Shown here in pieces: positions 49,235 through 57,852 of a stretch of DNA of 64,000 nt (its first letter is position 1; each line of letters begins with the position of its first letter). The translations under genes and the position numbers were made by a program. Location: positions 192,001-256,000 of IMG/VR virus record IMGVR_UViG_3300038443_002533; one strand, 5' to 3'. The notes beneath the pieces are model-generated. The model was given only the letters and a program-made list of their open reading frames with translations, had not been told where the DNA came from and did not search any database. Source of the stretch: a virus. Lineage: Duplodnaviria > Caudoviricetes.

Positions 49235-49435
49235 ATGTCGCACCTGCAACCGAACTTCATCGCTAAGAACAAAGCGCGTATCCGGAATGCCCATGCGCCG
49301 CGTTCGATGCCGCGTAGCATGATCAAGAAGGAAGCCGCTCGTTACCCCATGGCTGACTGGGGCGGTATTCCGGACAACATGTATTACAGCTGGTGCGACG
49401 TCATCAACCACCGAATCTTCACACTCCGTAAGTAA
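49235..49435 (+). CDS. small basic hypothetical protein
   Basis: AAGGAG SD. Confidence 0.5.
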   Translation: MSHLQPNFIAKNKARIRNAHAPRSMPRSMIKKEAARYPMADWGGIPDNMYYSWCDVINHRIFTLRK

Positions 49436-49501
49436 AAGTGTTCTACTATCCGCTTAGCAATAGGCGGTTAGTGGAAGTGCTTTTCTTTTACAGGAATAAA
49501 A

Positions 49502-49759
49502 ATGACTTTACCTGAACGTATACGCAAAGATCGACCCATGAACCGCGCTCTGGCGGAACGCTTGCGCATGGTGGATTTTCTTCTGGATCATTTTGGGTTT
49601 TTCCAACGTAAACATCTCATGGATTACTTTGGGATCTCGCCCGTACAGGCATCCAATGATCTCAACGAATACCAGCATTTTGCGCCGACGAATATGAGAT
49701 ACGACGTCAGCGCTCGTATGTACCGCAAAACTGAAAATTTCAAACGTTTATTTCCTTAA
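49502..49759 (+). CDS. stand-alone CapW/BrxR-type winged HTH (no WYL domain)
   Basis: ERLRMVDFLL...G...R..LMDYFGIS..QAS.DL..Y...AP.N..YD.S...Y...F pattern of WYL-repressor N-termini. Confidence 0.7.
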   Translation: MTLPERIRKDRPMNRALAERLRMVDFLLDHFGFFQRKHLMDYFGISPVQASNDLNEYQHFAPTNMRYDVSARMYRKTENFKRLFP

Positions 49760-49764
49760 CAAAA

Positions 49765-50172
49765 ATGACCACTGAGACCCAACTCGAACTGCAATTCCTT
49801 CCGGAAGATGGCCCGGAGACCTGCCTGTGGAAAGCTATGCATGGACAAGACTGGCTCAGCAGCCCGCAAATCATGGCGCGCTTGGAAGAAGCGGGATGCC
49901 GCTTTGCCAGGGTGACCATGCGTAACAAACTGGGCAGCTTCTCGCGCGACATCATGGAAACCCGGCCGATGCCCAATACTCCCAGCATCTACCGGAGCGC
50001 CAAGCAATACCGCTTGATTGCGGGTAAACCCATGCCCGATAATCTCGACCCGAAAGGGCGGGGTCCGCGCAACACTTCGGAAGACGACAAACGCATCGAA
50101 CGTCAGAAAGAAAGCATGACGGCGGCGGTGGATCAAATGTCGGCCATGATGATGATGTTCGCTAAACGCTAA
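49765..50172 (+). CDS. wHTH-like protein, paralogue A
   Basis: LPEDGPETCLWKAMHGQDWLS. Confidence 0.65.
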   Translation: MTTETQLELQFLPEDGPETCLWKAMHGQDWLSSPQIMARLEEAGCRFARVTMRNKLGSFSRDIMETRPMPNTPSIYRSAKQYRLIAGKPMPDNLDPKGRGPRNTSEDDKRIERQKESMTAAVDQMSAMMMMFAKR

Positions 50173-50188
50173 CAATAATAGGGGTGCC

Positions 50189-50590
50189 ATGAACACTTTA
50201 ATCAGCTTAACCGTGTTGCCGACGGACGGCCCCATCACGTGCTTGTGGAAGTGCATGTATGGGAAAGGCTGGATGACGGGTGCCGAAGTCGTAGAAGCGG
50301 CGCAGAAGACCCATTACGCCCCCATGACGCTATATCGCATCTTGGGCAAGGTCTCACCCGAGCTGATGGAGCGACGTAAGTCGAAACGCGCCGAGAGCCG
50401 TGGTGGGGCTTGTGAGTACCGGGTGGTGGAAACTTCGACCCCACCCACCGAACGCATCCGCGCCACCAAGCAACAGATAGAAAGCTGCACAGATCGCCGT
50501 GCGGTGGCCGAACACGGTGTGCGTCGGCGTGCCAAGCGAGGAGCAGGTGAAGTACAACGTGTCGTGTGGGCTTCCAAGTACGCGACGTAA
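50189..50590 (+). CDS. wHTH-like protein, paralogue B
   Basis: LPTDGPITCLWKCMYGKGWMT. Confidence 0.65.
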   Translation: MNTLISLTVLPTDGPITCLWKCMYGKGWMTGAEVVEAAQKTHYAPMTLYRILGKVSPELMERRKSKRAESRGGACEYRVVETSTPPTERIRATKQQIESCTDRRAVAEHGVRRRAKRGAGEVQRVVWASKYAT

Positions 50591-50621
50591 TTCATTTATC
50601 ATAACTAACAAGGAAATCAAA

Positions 50622-50924
50622 ATGATCAAAGCAGTCGAATTCAATGTCAACATGTCCCAGAACAACTTCGCTGGCCTGATGATGGGTTCCACGGAGTTGC
50701 GCGACTTCTTCCTGGCCGCTCTGCACGAGAACAGCACCACGTGGATGGAATTCACCAAACGTCTGGATGAAATGGTCAAGAGCGAAGAGATCACCACCTT
50801 CGACCATGACCAGATCATGGATCACCTCAAGGACAACATGACGAGCCAGTTCATGTCGTGGCAGCACTTCCAGTACGCCCTGAAAGCCCTCGGCGCCAAA
50901 TCCATCAAGATCGTCGTCGAGTAA
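50622..50924 (+). CDS. hypothetical helical protein
   Basis: Start ATG 50622; MSWQHFQYALKALGA similar to the 5259 protein. Confidence 0.65.
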   Translation: MIKAVEFNVNMSQNNFAGLMMGSTELRDFFLAALHENSTTWMEFTKRLDEMVKSEEITTFDHDQIMDHLKDNMTSQFMSWQHFQYALKALGAKSIKIVVE

Positions 50925-50934
50925 GGAGAATACC

Positions 50935-51471
50935 ATGGCAGGTAAAAACCGTTACGGAATCACTTTGATCAGTTTCCTCTTACAAGTCGCTCCACCCCGC
51001 ACTCCTCTGGATGAGAAAGCGCCGCGGCCGGATTTCTACGGCACGGTGGTGCACAAGGAAACCGGAGAGCCACGGCGGGTTGGTGTTCATCTCACTCGCG
51101 TCAAGCGTGTCGACGTAAGCCATGACGGTTATCATGACCGCAGCCGCCCACTGGAACAAATTCGGTTGGCTGTAGCCCAGTTGGCTGGCTGGCATCCAGA
51201 CGAATTGATCTTCGTTCAACATCACGCCGCTTGGGTGGAAGACTCCCTTTGGGCGGTGTTACACCAGTGGGCGGATGAACACATCTACCTCTTGACGTCG
51301 CTCACCGAACAGCGCTATTGGTCGGCGGAGAAAGGGTGGGTTAATGTCGACGAAGCGACCTGGTTTACCCAACAGGAAATGATGGATCTGGATTTAAAGC
51401 AATTCGGTAAAGAGTTGAACGTCACCTGGCGTGAGATGCCTGAACCGGGCTTTCCCAATCCTTACTACTAA
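50935..51471 (+). CDS. hypothetical protein
   Basis: 178 aa; AAGGAG SD. Confidence 0.6.
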   Translation: MAGKNRYGITLISFLLQVAPPRTPLDEKAPRPDFYGTVVHKETGEPRRVGVHLTRVKRVDVSHDGYHDRSRPLEQIRLAVAQLAGWHPDELIFVQHHAAWVEDSLWAVLHQWADEHIYLLTSLTEQRYWSAEKGWVNVDEATWFTQQEMMDLDLKQFGKELNVTWREMPEPGFPNPYY

Positions 51472-51477
51472 ACCACC

Positions 51478-51822
51478 ATGAAAACCACCCGTTACAACAT
51501 GGACAAGGTCCAGCAACTGCCGGAGTACAATCCGGCTGACTACCTGAATGACAAGCAAAGCGCGGCGAATGTGTTGAACGAGTTATTCATGACGGAAGAC
51601 TCGGCGCCGACAATCGCGTACATCCTCGGCGAGCTGAGCCGGAAACACGGCATGTCGGAAGTCTCGATCCATAGCGGCATCAAGCGTGAATCGCTGTATC
51701 ACGCCCTGCGCAAAGACCCCAACTCAAAGCCGCGGTTCGATACCATTTTCAAGGTGATCAACGCCTTGGGTTTCGAACTGATGGTCGTGCCCGTCAACAC
51801 CACCCCGGTCTCGGGCAAATGA
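51478..51822 (+). CDS. orphan addiction-module antidote (HI1420-like XRE-HTH antitoxin)
   Basis: Y.PADYL......YILGELSRKHGMSEV....GIKRESLY.AL.....PRFDTI.KVINALG. Confidence 0.8.
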   Translation: MKTTRYNMDKVQQLPEYNPADYLNDKQSAANVLNELFMTEDSAPTIAYILGELSRKHGMSEVSIHSGIKRESLYHALRKDPNSKPRFDTIFKVINALGFELMVVPVNTTPVSGK

Positions 51823-51829
51823 AGGAGAA

Positions 51830-52201
51830 ATGATGTTTGCAATTGTACTGCGCCTGATCGCTGACGGCGCCAAGGCCGATCCTGTTCGTAACCTGGATGT
51901 TCTGCCCGATGTCAACAAGGCCATGCCGTTGGTGCTGGAAGAAGACAAATGGTACGTCATGAACGTCGGCGACGCTCCGACAGTGTTCGGTCGCCTCAAC
52001 CGGGCACAAAACGAACACCGTAATCTGGTCGATGACGTCACCTTCAAGCGTGCCGCTGCGGTCAAACATGTCCTCGGCGTGATCGCTGACTTCAAGAGCA
52101 AATACGGTGGCCGTAATTGCGCCCATCAAGCCTTCATCGAACTGCAAGTCCTGAGTCCGACCAAGGTGGATGACTGCGAAATCAATCTGTCTCAGTTCTA
52201 A
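51830..52201 (+). CDS. hypothetical protein
   Basis: 123 aa; AAGGAG SD. Confidence 0.6.
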   Translation: MMFAIVLRLIADGAKADPVRNLDVLPDVNKAMPLVLEEDKWYVMNVGDAPTVFGRLNRAQNEHRNLVDDVTFKRAAAVKHVLGVIADFKSKYGGRNCAHQAFIELQVLSPTKVDDCEINLSQF

Positions 52202-52267
52202 TCTGTCGGCAGCATAGCACCCCACCCTTCGGGGTAGGTTTATAACCAACAACAAAGGATATCAAAA

Positions 52268-52480
52268 ATGTTTACACTGAACGAAGAAATCAAAAAACGT
52301 ATTGATGAGAAGGCAGGTCCGAATTCTCCGGATTTCTGGTCACAATTTCTCCGCGCTCGCGCCTACTTCATCGCCTCGTGCCGAGAAGCTGGGCAGACCG
52401 ATGCGGAGATCTTCGCCTCCCTTTACATGGACGGACCACAACACGTGACGCGCATCCGTCAAGGTCTCAGTATCGAATAA
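52268..52480 (+). CDS. hypothetical protein
   Basis: 70 aa; A/C leader. Confidence 0.6.
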   Translation: MFTLNEEIKKRIDEKAGPNSPDFWSQFLRARAYFIASCREAGQTDAEIFASLYMDGPQHVTRIRQGLSIE

Positions 52481-52485
52481 GACAA

Positions 52486-52525
52486 CATAGCACCCTCCCT
52501 GCCTTGCGGCGGGGAGGGTGCTATG
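52486..52525. terminator. bidirectional CATA-hairpin-TATG terminator
   Basis: CATAGCACCCTCCC...GGGAGGGTGCTATG between convergent genes. Confidence 0.75.
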
Positions 52526-52530
52526 ATCAC

Positions 52531-53250
52531 TTATTTTTTTGCTTCTTTGGAGAGCAACTCGTCTTTGGGCCAGTACACGAGGAACTTGGCTTGACGTGCT
52601 TCCACCCGACCCGGGTACTTACTGTTGATCATGCAGAACGATTCACCGTAGCCCGCGACCTTGACATTGGCTTGCGGGCATTGCTGATCGAGATGACCGA
52701 ACCATTGATCGGCTTGACACCCTGGCGTTGTCCGGCACGAACGGATGCGTTTGGTCACACTTCCGAACCCGCCGTTATACGTGGCCCCATCGCACGCCTT
52801 GATGTTACGGTTCCCCGACAGTACCGCCCGACAGTTGCGCTCGTTGACTTTCATCTTGAGCACCAACCCGCGGAGCTGGTATTGTGCGTTGTAGCAATCG
52901 GCCCAGGTCCAACCCTTCAGTGTTGGGTCGAGCCGTTTGGTTTCTTCCAACGCATCAAAGCGCACATTGCCTTGGGCATCGTACGCTTTAGTGAACTGAC
53001 CCAGACCACAACCAAACTCGCGTGAGGTCTTCAAGGTAGCTTTGATCTTCCAGTTCGACTCTTGGTCGGGAATCGCCGCCATCCAACTGCGCGGGGTCAG
53101 ATCCGGCCAGTAAGTCTCGATCTCGTGATTGAGAATCGGCAGACCACTGGCGGCATCCCCGGGTAGCTTCTGCGCGAAGGCGCCGGTAACGGCGAGCACG
53201 TAGAACAGAAAGAACATCGCCACCCCGACGATGATGTTAGCGACCCGCAT
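52531..53250 (-). CDS. lytic transglycosylase (SLT-like) with N-terminal signal/anchor
   Basis: QESNW catalytic Glu motif, GLGQFT, ATYNGG; hydrophobic N-terminus. Confidence 0.75.
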   Translation of the reverse strand: MRVANIIVGVAMFFLFYVLAVTGAFAQKLPGDAASGLPILNHEIETYWPDLTPRSWMAAIPDQESNWKIKATLKTSREFGCGLGQFTKAYDAQGNVRFDALEETKRLDPTLKGWTWADCYNAQYQLRGLVLKMKVNERNCRAVLSGNRNIKACDGATYNGGFGSVTKRIRSCRTTPGCQADQWFGHLDQQCPQANVKVAGYGESFCMINSKYPGRVEARQAKFLVYWPKDELLSKEAKK

Positions 53251-53252
53251 GG

Positions 53253-53654
53253 TTATTGCGCCAGGTAGATCAACACCACCACACGGAACGCCCATTGCAC
53301 GGTATTGACCGCATGCAGGGCCACCGCCGCACCCGGATGGAAGCGGGCTTCACCCAGCGCATCATTCAAACCATGACGGGTATCGACCGTACTGGGTTGC
53401 GTCGCGAAACGAATCCAGAACACGCTCATTTCGATGAACGTGAGTTTGGCCGATGCCAGCATCATCGGAATGAATTCCGGGAAGCGGTGCACCAGGGCGA
53501 AGCGATCGCTCATGCCCGAGTCGACCAAATGGTCCACCAGCGCGAAGCCGAACGATGTCAGCAGAGCCAGCGCTACGCTGCGCGCGAACATGCGTTGGAA
53601 CAGATCCCAGCTTTGCTGGGTGAATTCAAACAACTTACGGTGTAGTCGGGACAT
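53253..53654 (-). CDS. putative holin-like membrane protein
   Basis: About three hydrophobic segments; directly upstream of the transglycosylase. Confidence 0.55.
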   Translation of the reverse strand: MSRLHRKLFEFTQQSWDLFQRMFARSVALALLTSFGFALVDHLVDSGMSDRFALVHRFPEFIPMMLASAKLTFIEMSVFWIRFATQPSTVDTRHGLNDALGEARFHPGAAVALHAVNTVQWAFRVVVLIYLAQ

Positions 53655-53865
53655 GAAGTCCTCCTTTGGCTTTGCGGGCTGCGCTTTGCTCTGGCGTGAG
53701 CCACGCACCGCTTAAGGTTTGGAAATAGCCGACGTTGACATCGTCCGGGATTTCTAGATAGTTATCCGCCTGATCGACACCCACGTGTTCTTCGATGCTG
53801 TGGCCTACGGGCAACTCAATGACCGCTACCACCACATTCTTGTACAATCGCCCGTAGCGTACCAT
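53635..53865 (-). CDS. small tail-fibre-associated protein
   Basis: Y......VV.VIE...EIPDDV.VG pattern typical of small fibre-module genes. Confidence 0.45.
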   Translation of the reverse strand: MVRYGRLYKNVVVAVIELPVGHSIEEHVGVDQADNYLEIPDDVNVGYFQTLSGAWLTPEQSAARKAKGGLHVPTTP

Positions 53866-53958
53866 GTTAATACCTTTGAAGAATGAAGTTGCGAAGGCGT
53901 CAACGCCTCCATAACAATGGATGATGTTTTCTTCGCAGCAACATTCTGCTACAAAGGT

Positions 53959-55023
53959 TTAACCCACATCCGAGGAAACGAGTTTACCGATCCACGTGAC
54001 ACCACCGTCATAGGTAGTGAATTCGTATTCGCTGATCGAGTTAGCCGCAGCCACTCGGGTCGGTACGGTTTTGTTCGGCCACAGGATCGGCGAGGCGAAC
54101 GCGATACTACGGTTACCCACTGCATCATTACGAATCAGCACCCCGAACTTGAGGTAATCGTTTCCAGCCAGACCCGTGATCCCAGTCAGATCGAACTGGA
54201 ACGTGGTGTTGCTGTTGAGCGCTACCACGAAGCGATTGGCCTGGCTCAAGTTGAACTTGGTGACGGCGCTGGCCGCGGTCAGCTGTTTAACGATTTCACG
54301 GTGGCCGGCTTTGAAGTAGCCATACCCATCCACGGTCAGGCGACCAAACAACTCACCACCGGCTGCATTGAATGGGGTGTAGCCGAGCGTGTTGACGATG
54401 GATTGCGCAGTCGAGCGCGATTGCACCATGGCGTCGATCACCGATTGCATATTCGCCAACTGGCCGTTCAGGTAATCGTACACACCCTTTTGACCAGCCG
54501 CCGAACCGAGCAGCACGCCGTCACGCAGACGATCGATCGCCGCCGACAGGTATTCGAAGCCGTACAGATCACCCGCATCGTGCAGGTGCGGGGCCGGTGG
54601 GTAACCATCGGGTTTACCGATGATGTTGTCGAATTGGATCGTGCGGCTATCCAGCCCCAGGTCTTTCACCAGTTGCACAATCGCGTCATAGCTGAAGCTG
54701 TATTCGCCGCCCAGCATCTGCGCATCGAGCATGACATTCGCGCCACAGGTCGCGTCGGTGATGACGAGGATCTGGTGGATCTCACGGCCAGTCCGTGCAG
54801 TCGGATCGGTGTAGAGGATACTCGGGTAGTAATCCACCCCTTTGGTCAAGGTGCGGTTGGTCGCCACATCACGCAGGGCGATCGAGTCGGTGAAGAACGC
54901 GCCGTAGTTGGGCACGAGGATGCGGATATTCGTACCAGGCAACACATGCAATTCATTCGTCACACGGTTACTGACAGCCGCACCCGTCAAATCAAGCGGG
55001 TATTTGACTGGAACTAAAGACAT
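53959..55023 (-). CDS. phiKZ-like tail fibre / virion structural protein
   Basis: Y.LD.TG...SNRV..E.H N-terminus, PP..HLHD, C-terminal beta domain; paralogue of 60137. Confidence 0.75.
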   Translation of the reverse strand: MSLVPVKYPLDLTGAAVSNRVTNELHVLPGTNIRILVPNYGAFFTDSIALRDVATNRTLTKGVDYYPSILYTDPTARTGREIHQILVITDATCGANVMLDAQMLGGEYSFSYDAIVQLVKDLGLDSRTIQFDNIIGKPDGYPPAPHLHDAGDLYGFEYLSAAIDRLRDGVLLGSAAGQKGVYDYLNGQLANMQSVIDAMVQSRSTAQSIVNTLGYTPFNAAGGELFGRLTVDGYGYFKAGHREIVKQLTAASAVTKFNLSQANRFVVALNSNTTFQFDLTGITGLAGNDYLKFGVLIRNDAVGNRSIAFASPILWPNKTVPTRVAAANSISEYEFTTYDGGVTWIGKLVSSDVG

Positions 55024-55104
55024 AAAGGGCTCCGAGATCAGAAATAATAATGCCAGCTAGGCCCTTGACAGGACCTAAGCTGGCACGGGAATAAAGCGAG
55101 TTAC

Positions 55105-55575
55105 TTAACCGCCAGGAAGAGGCGGCACCGTAGGCCATACGATGTTGTAGGGGTCCGGATTGGTGGTGGGCAAATCACGGATCGCTTGCATGTATTGCAG
55201 CACGGGATTGATGTTCTCAGTGTGCGGCAGATCCAGCGCAGTTTCGTCGTTGTAGCGATCCACACGCCAACGCTGTGCATCGATCAACTCACTGCGGGTA
55301 GCATCCAAGCTATTCCACTTGAGTTCCCAGGCGCCCGCACGGGCGATGCCGATAGCAGCCGAACTGACACCGGCGGCCAACGCGTCCGCTTCCATGACGA
55401 AGCCGAGGTCCAGGTACTTGGTATCGGCCCAGGTCGCATGCAGGTCTTGCAGCACCGCATAGTCGACATCCGACAACCCGGTGATGGTGCCATACACCGC
55501 CGGCACGTCGCCCGCGTACAGTATCGCTTTGGTGGTTTTGTTAATCAGGTAAACCAACCCTGTGACACGACTCAT
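55105..55575 (-). CDS. tail fibre assembly chaperone-like protein
   Basis: C-terminal R..LI....W...Y.Q.IRDLP......IVWP..P motif. Confidence 0.7.
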   Translation of the reverse strand: MSRVTGLVYLINKTTKAILYAGDVPAVYGTITGLSDVDYAVLQDLHATWADTKYLDLGFVMEADALAAGVSSAAIGIARAGAWELKWNSLDATRSELIDAQRWRVDRYNDETALDLPHTENINPVLQYMQAIRDLPTTNPDPYNIVWPTVPPLPGG

Positions 55576-56348
55576 TCTTGCACCTCGCTGGTGGTAACTT
55601 TCTTAAAGTGGAACATGCGTCGATAGGCGCCCATGCGTCGCGATGGGAAGCCATAACGCTGTTGATCGATTTCGGTCGGGGTGCCTTTACCACACACGCC
55701 ATGATAGCTGGTGCGTTTAAACGGCAGTGCTTGCAAAATCACTTCCCCTGCCGGGATCACGATTTCACACGGGCGGATCACCGTTAAGATGATGTTGGCC
55801 GTATGAAAGTTTTCATAGTCCACCGTGCCGGGATAGATGAAGATCTTGTCCAGATGGGGGAAATGCATCAGCGCCGGTACCAAATGCACCGAATGTCCCG
55901 GTTCCGTGAAGATACTCCACGGCAGCGGTACCTTAAACACCTTGCACTTCACCCCATCGATGGGCGGCAAGCCTTGAATGACTTCGACATCCATCTCGGT
56001 CGGGTGCAATTGCTGGTCGACGATATGCGGTGTACTGACCACCACCCCAGCGCTGTTGGCTTTGATGTGGATGTCGGTATGCGCACGAATCAAGAAGCCT
56101 TCTTGCATGTAGTCGTGCATGCCAGGACAGCGCACGAACTTCACCGGTTTCTTTTCCAGCTTGGCACGGCTGATCTGTTGACGCAACCATTCCGGGATTA
56201 CGCCTTTGGCCGCCACCACTGGATTGATGTGGTGATACGCCCCGGTGGTGCTTTTAAAGCGTACCACCGAGTTCGCACTCCAGCGTTGCACCCGGCGACT
56301 GAGCGTGCTTAAACCATGCACCAAACCATCGAGCAGGCGGGCAATCAT
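55572..56348 (-). CDS. DUF6065-like protein, paralogue 2
   Basis: RCPGM.D....GF.I..HTD, PW.I.T.PG.S, PG.VD, Q.LPFKR. Confidence 0.65.
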   Translation of the reverse strand: MIARLLDGLVHGLSTLSRRVQRWSANSVVRFKSTTGAYHHINPVVAAKGVIPEWLRQQISRAKLEKKPVKFVRCPGMHDYMQEGFLIRAHTDIHIKANSAGVVVSTPHIVDQQLHPTEMDVEVIQGLPPIDGVKCKVFKVPLPWSIFTEPGHSVHLVPALMHFPHLDKIFIYPGTVDYENFHTANIILTVIRPCEIVIPAGEVILQALPFKRTSYHGVCGKGTPTEIDQQRYGFPSRRMGAYRRMFHFKKVTTSEVQE

Positions 56349-57151
56349 TTACGTGGCTCCCGCAATTCTTTGGTGTAGTAATTGCTGCGCGCATTCTGGA
56401 CCCGTGCCGTGGTGTCGAGCGCATGCCGTTCCGCGTGGGTCATGACCCGGGTGATGATATCCCGCGGTACGTCGGCCCGTTTGAACGGAATCGCAGTCAC
56501 CAGCGGCGTACCAGCACGCACCAAGCCATCGTGTTCCTTAGCGAACCACAGGCCCGGGAAGTTGACTTGGCGATGGTAGGTATCGGTGTCCACCACCGCA
56601 CCCAGACAACGGAACCGGTCTTCCGCCGTATGGTTCAGCGGCGGGATGAAGAGCGTCGAGTAACCAGGGCGCGTGCGAATCAGCCAGGGGTTGTGAAACT
56701 TCACCGCCGGCATCGGGTACGTCGGGTAGTGGTCACCCAGTTGGTCTTTCGAGTGCGTCGAAATCGCATTGAACGTCGACCCCGAACGCACTTCGATGTT
56801 CTTGCCATCGCCATTGGTGCGGACAAACGCATCCGCAGCCAGGACCATGGTGTAACCCAGCCCCATGCCATCCAGGAGCGGGATGCAGCTCTTGGCGGTC
56901 ATGGCCTTGGCACCGAACTGATCACGCGCGGCTTGACCGCCCCCCGGGATTTCCATCGGGATCTTCTTCCACCACTCCGCCACGTGTTTGAATGCCGGGA
57001 CCGGTGGCAGCAGAATACCGTTCCATTGCGGTTCGATGGAGAACTCGATGATGGGGATCTGTTGATCCAGGTCTTCTTGCGTGGTGGGACGCAGACCCAG
57101 GTCGAGCAGACGCTCTTCAGTCAATAAAAAACGAATTAAACGGTTCAGCAT
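56345..57151 (-). CDS. DUF6065-like protein, paralogue 1
   Basis: KSCIPLLDGM.LGY, KFHNPW.I.T.PGYSTLFIPP.N, VDTD.Y, GTPL..AIPFKR. Confidence 0.7.
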   Translation of the reverse strand: MLNRLIRFLLTEERLLDLGLRPTTQEDLDQQIPIIEFSIEPQWNGILLPPVPAFKHVAEWWKKIPMEIPGGGQAARDQFGAKAMTAKSCIPLLDGMGLGYTMVLAADAFVRTNGDGKNIEVRSGSTFNAISTHSKDQLGDHYPTYPMPAVKFHNPWLIRTRPGYSTLFIPPLNHTAEDRFRCLGAVVDTDTYHRQVNFPGLWFAKEHDGLVRAGTPLVTAIPFKRADVPRDIITRVMTHAERHALDTTARVQNARSNYYTKELREPRK

Positions 57152-57165
57152 AACGTACTTTCCGA

Positions 57166-57834
57166 TTAGCAGATCTTGGGACCCAGCGCCCACACCACGA
57201 TCGATGCCCGTTTACCCGAGGTCACGGGACGAACGCGGTGCGGAATGTGCGAGTAAAAGAACACCATCGTGCCGGCAGCGGGTTTCAGCAACACGGTACG
57301 GTCGGGGTTGCCACCGATGTTCAGTTCGAGTTCACCACCCTCGTACTCTTCCGGACCGGTCAGCATCAGGACCGCTGACAACTTCCGGTGTTCGTTACTC
57401 TCCAGGTCTTCATGGGCATCGACGTGCCAGTCGTAATGCTGATTGAGGCCGTACTTGGTGAATTGCATTGGGTGGAACGAATCGAGCAGCATCTGGAACT
57501 TATCGCGGTTCACCATGCCAACGATATCCGCCATCTTGCCAATCAGTTCACGCCGCTGCTGGAGTTCCGGCAGGGCCGGGTCGTCATTGATCCAGGCGAT
57601 TTCGGAATCACGCACCTTGCTATCTTTGACATTGCTGCCCACCAGGCCGGCTTGGAAGATCATCAGATCGCCCAAGTCGAGGATGCGTTTGCATTCATCG
57701 CGCTCGACTTTGTATACCGGCGCTTCGCCCGGCTTTTCGGCAACCCAACCATTGCCGAATGCATTGAACAGTTCCACATACGACTTGTACGCGAAGGTGC
57801 GTTGGGGGATCGAGTAACGGATCGGCTGATTCAT
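57166..57834 (-). CDS. 2OG-Fe(II) oxygenase (prolyl-hydroxylase/PKHD-like)
   Basis: HYDWHVD (HxD), RKLS, YEGG, PHRVRPVTSGKR.S.V.W. Confidence 0.9.
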   Translation of the reverse strand: MNQPIRYSIPQRTFAYKSYVELFNAFGNGWVAEKPGEAPVYKVERDECKRILDLGDLMIFQAGLVGSNVKDSKVRDSEIAWINDDPALPELQQRRELIGKMADIVGMVNRDKFQMLLDSFHPMQFTKYGLNQHYDWHVDAHEDLESNEHRKLSAVLMLTGPEEYEGGELELNIGGNPDRTVLLKPAAGTMVFFYSHIPHRVRPVTSGKRASIVVWALGPKIC

Positions 57835-57852
57835 GGTAGTTTCCTTAGTTTT

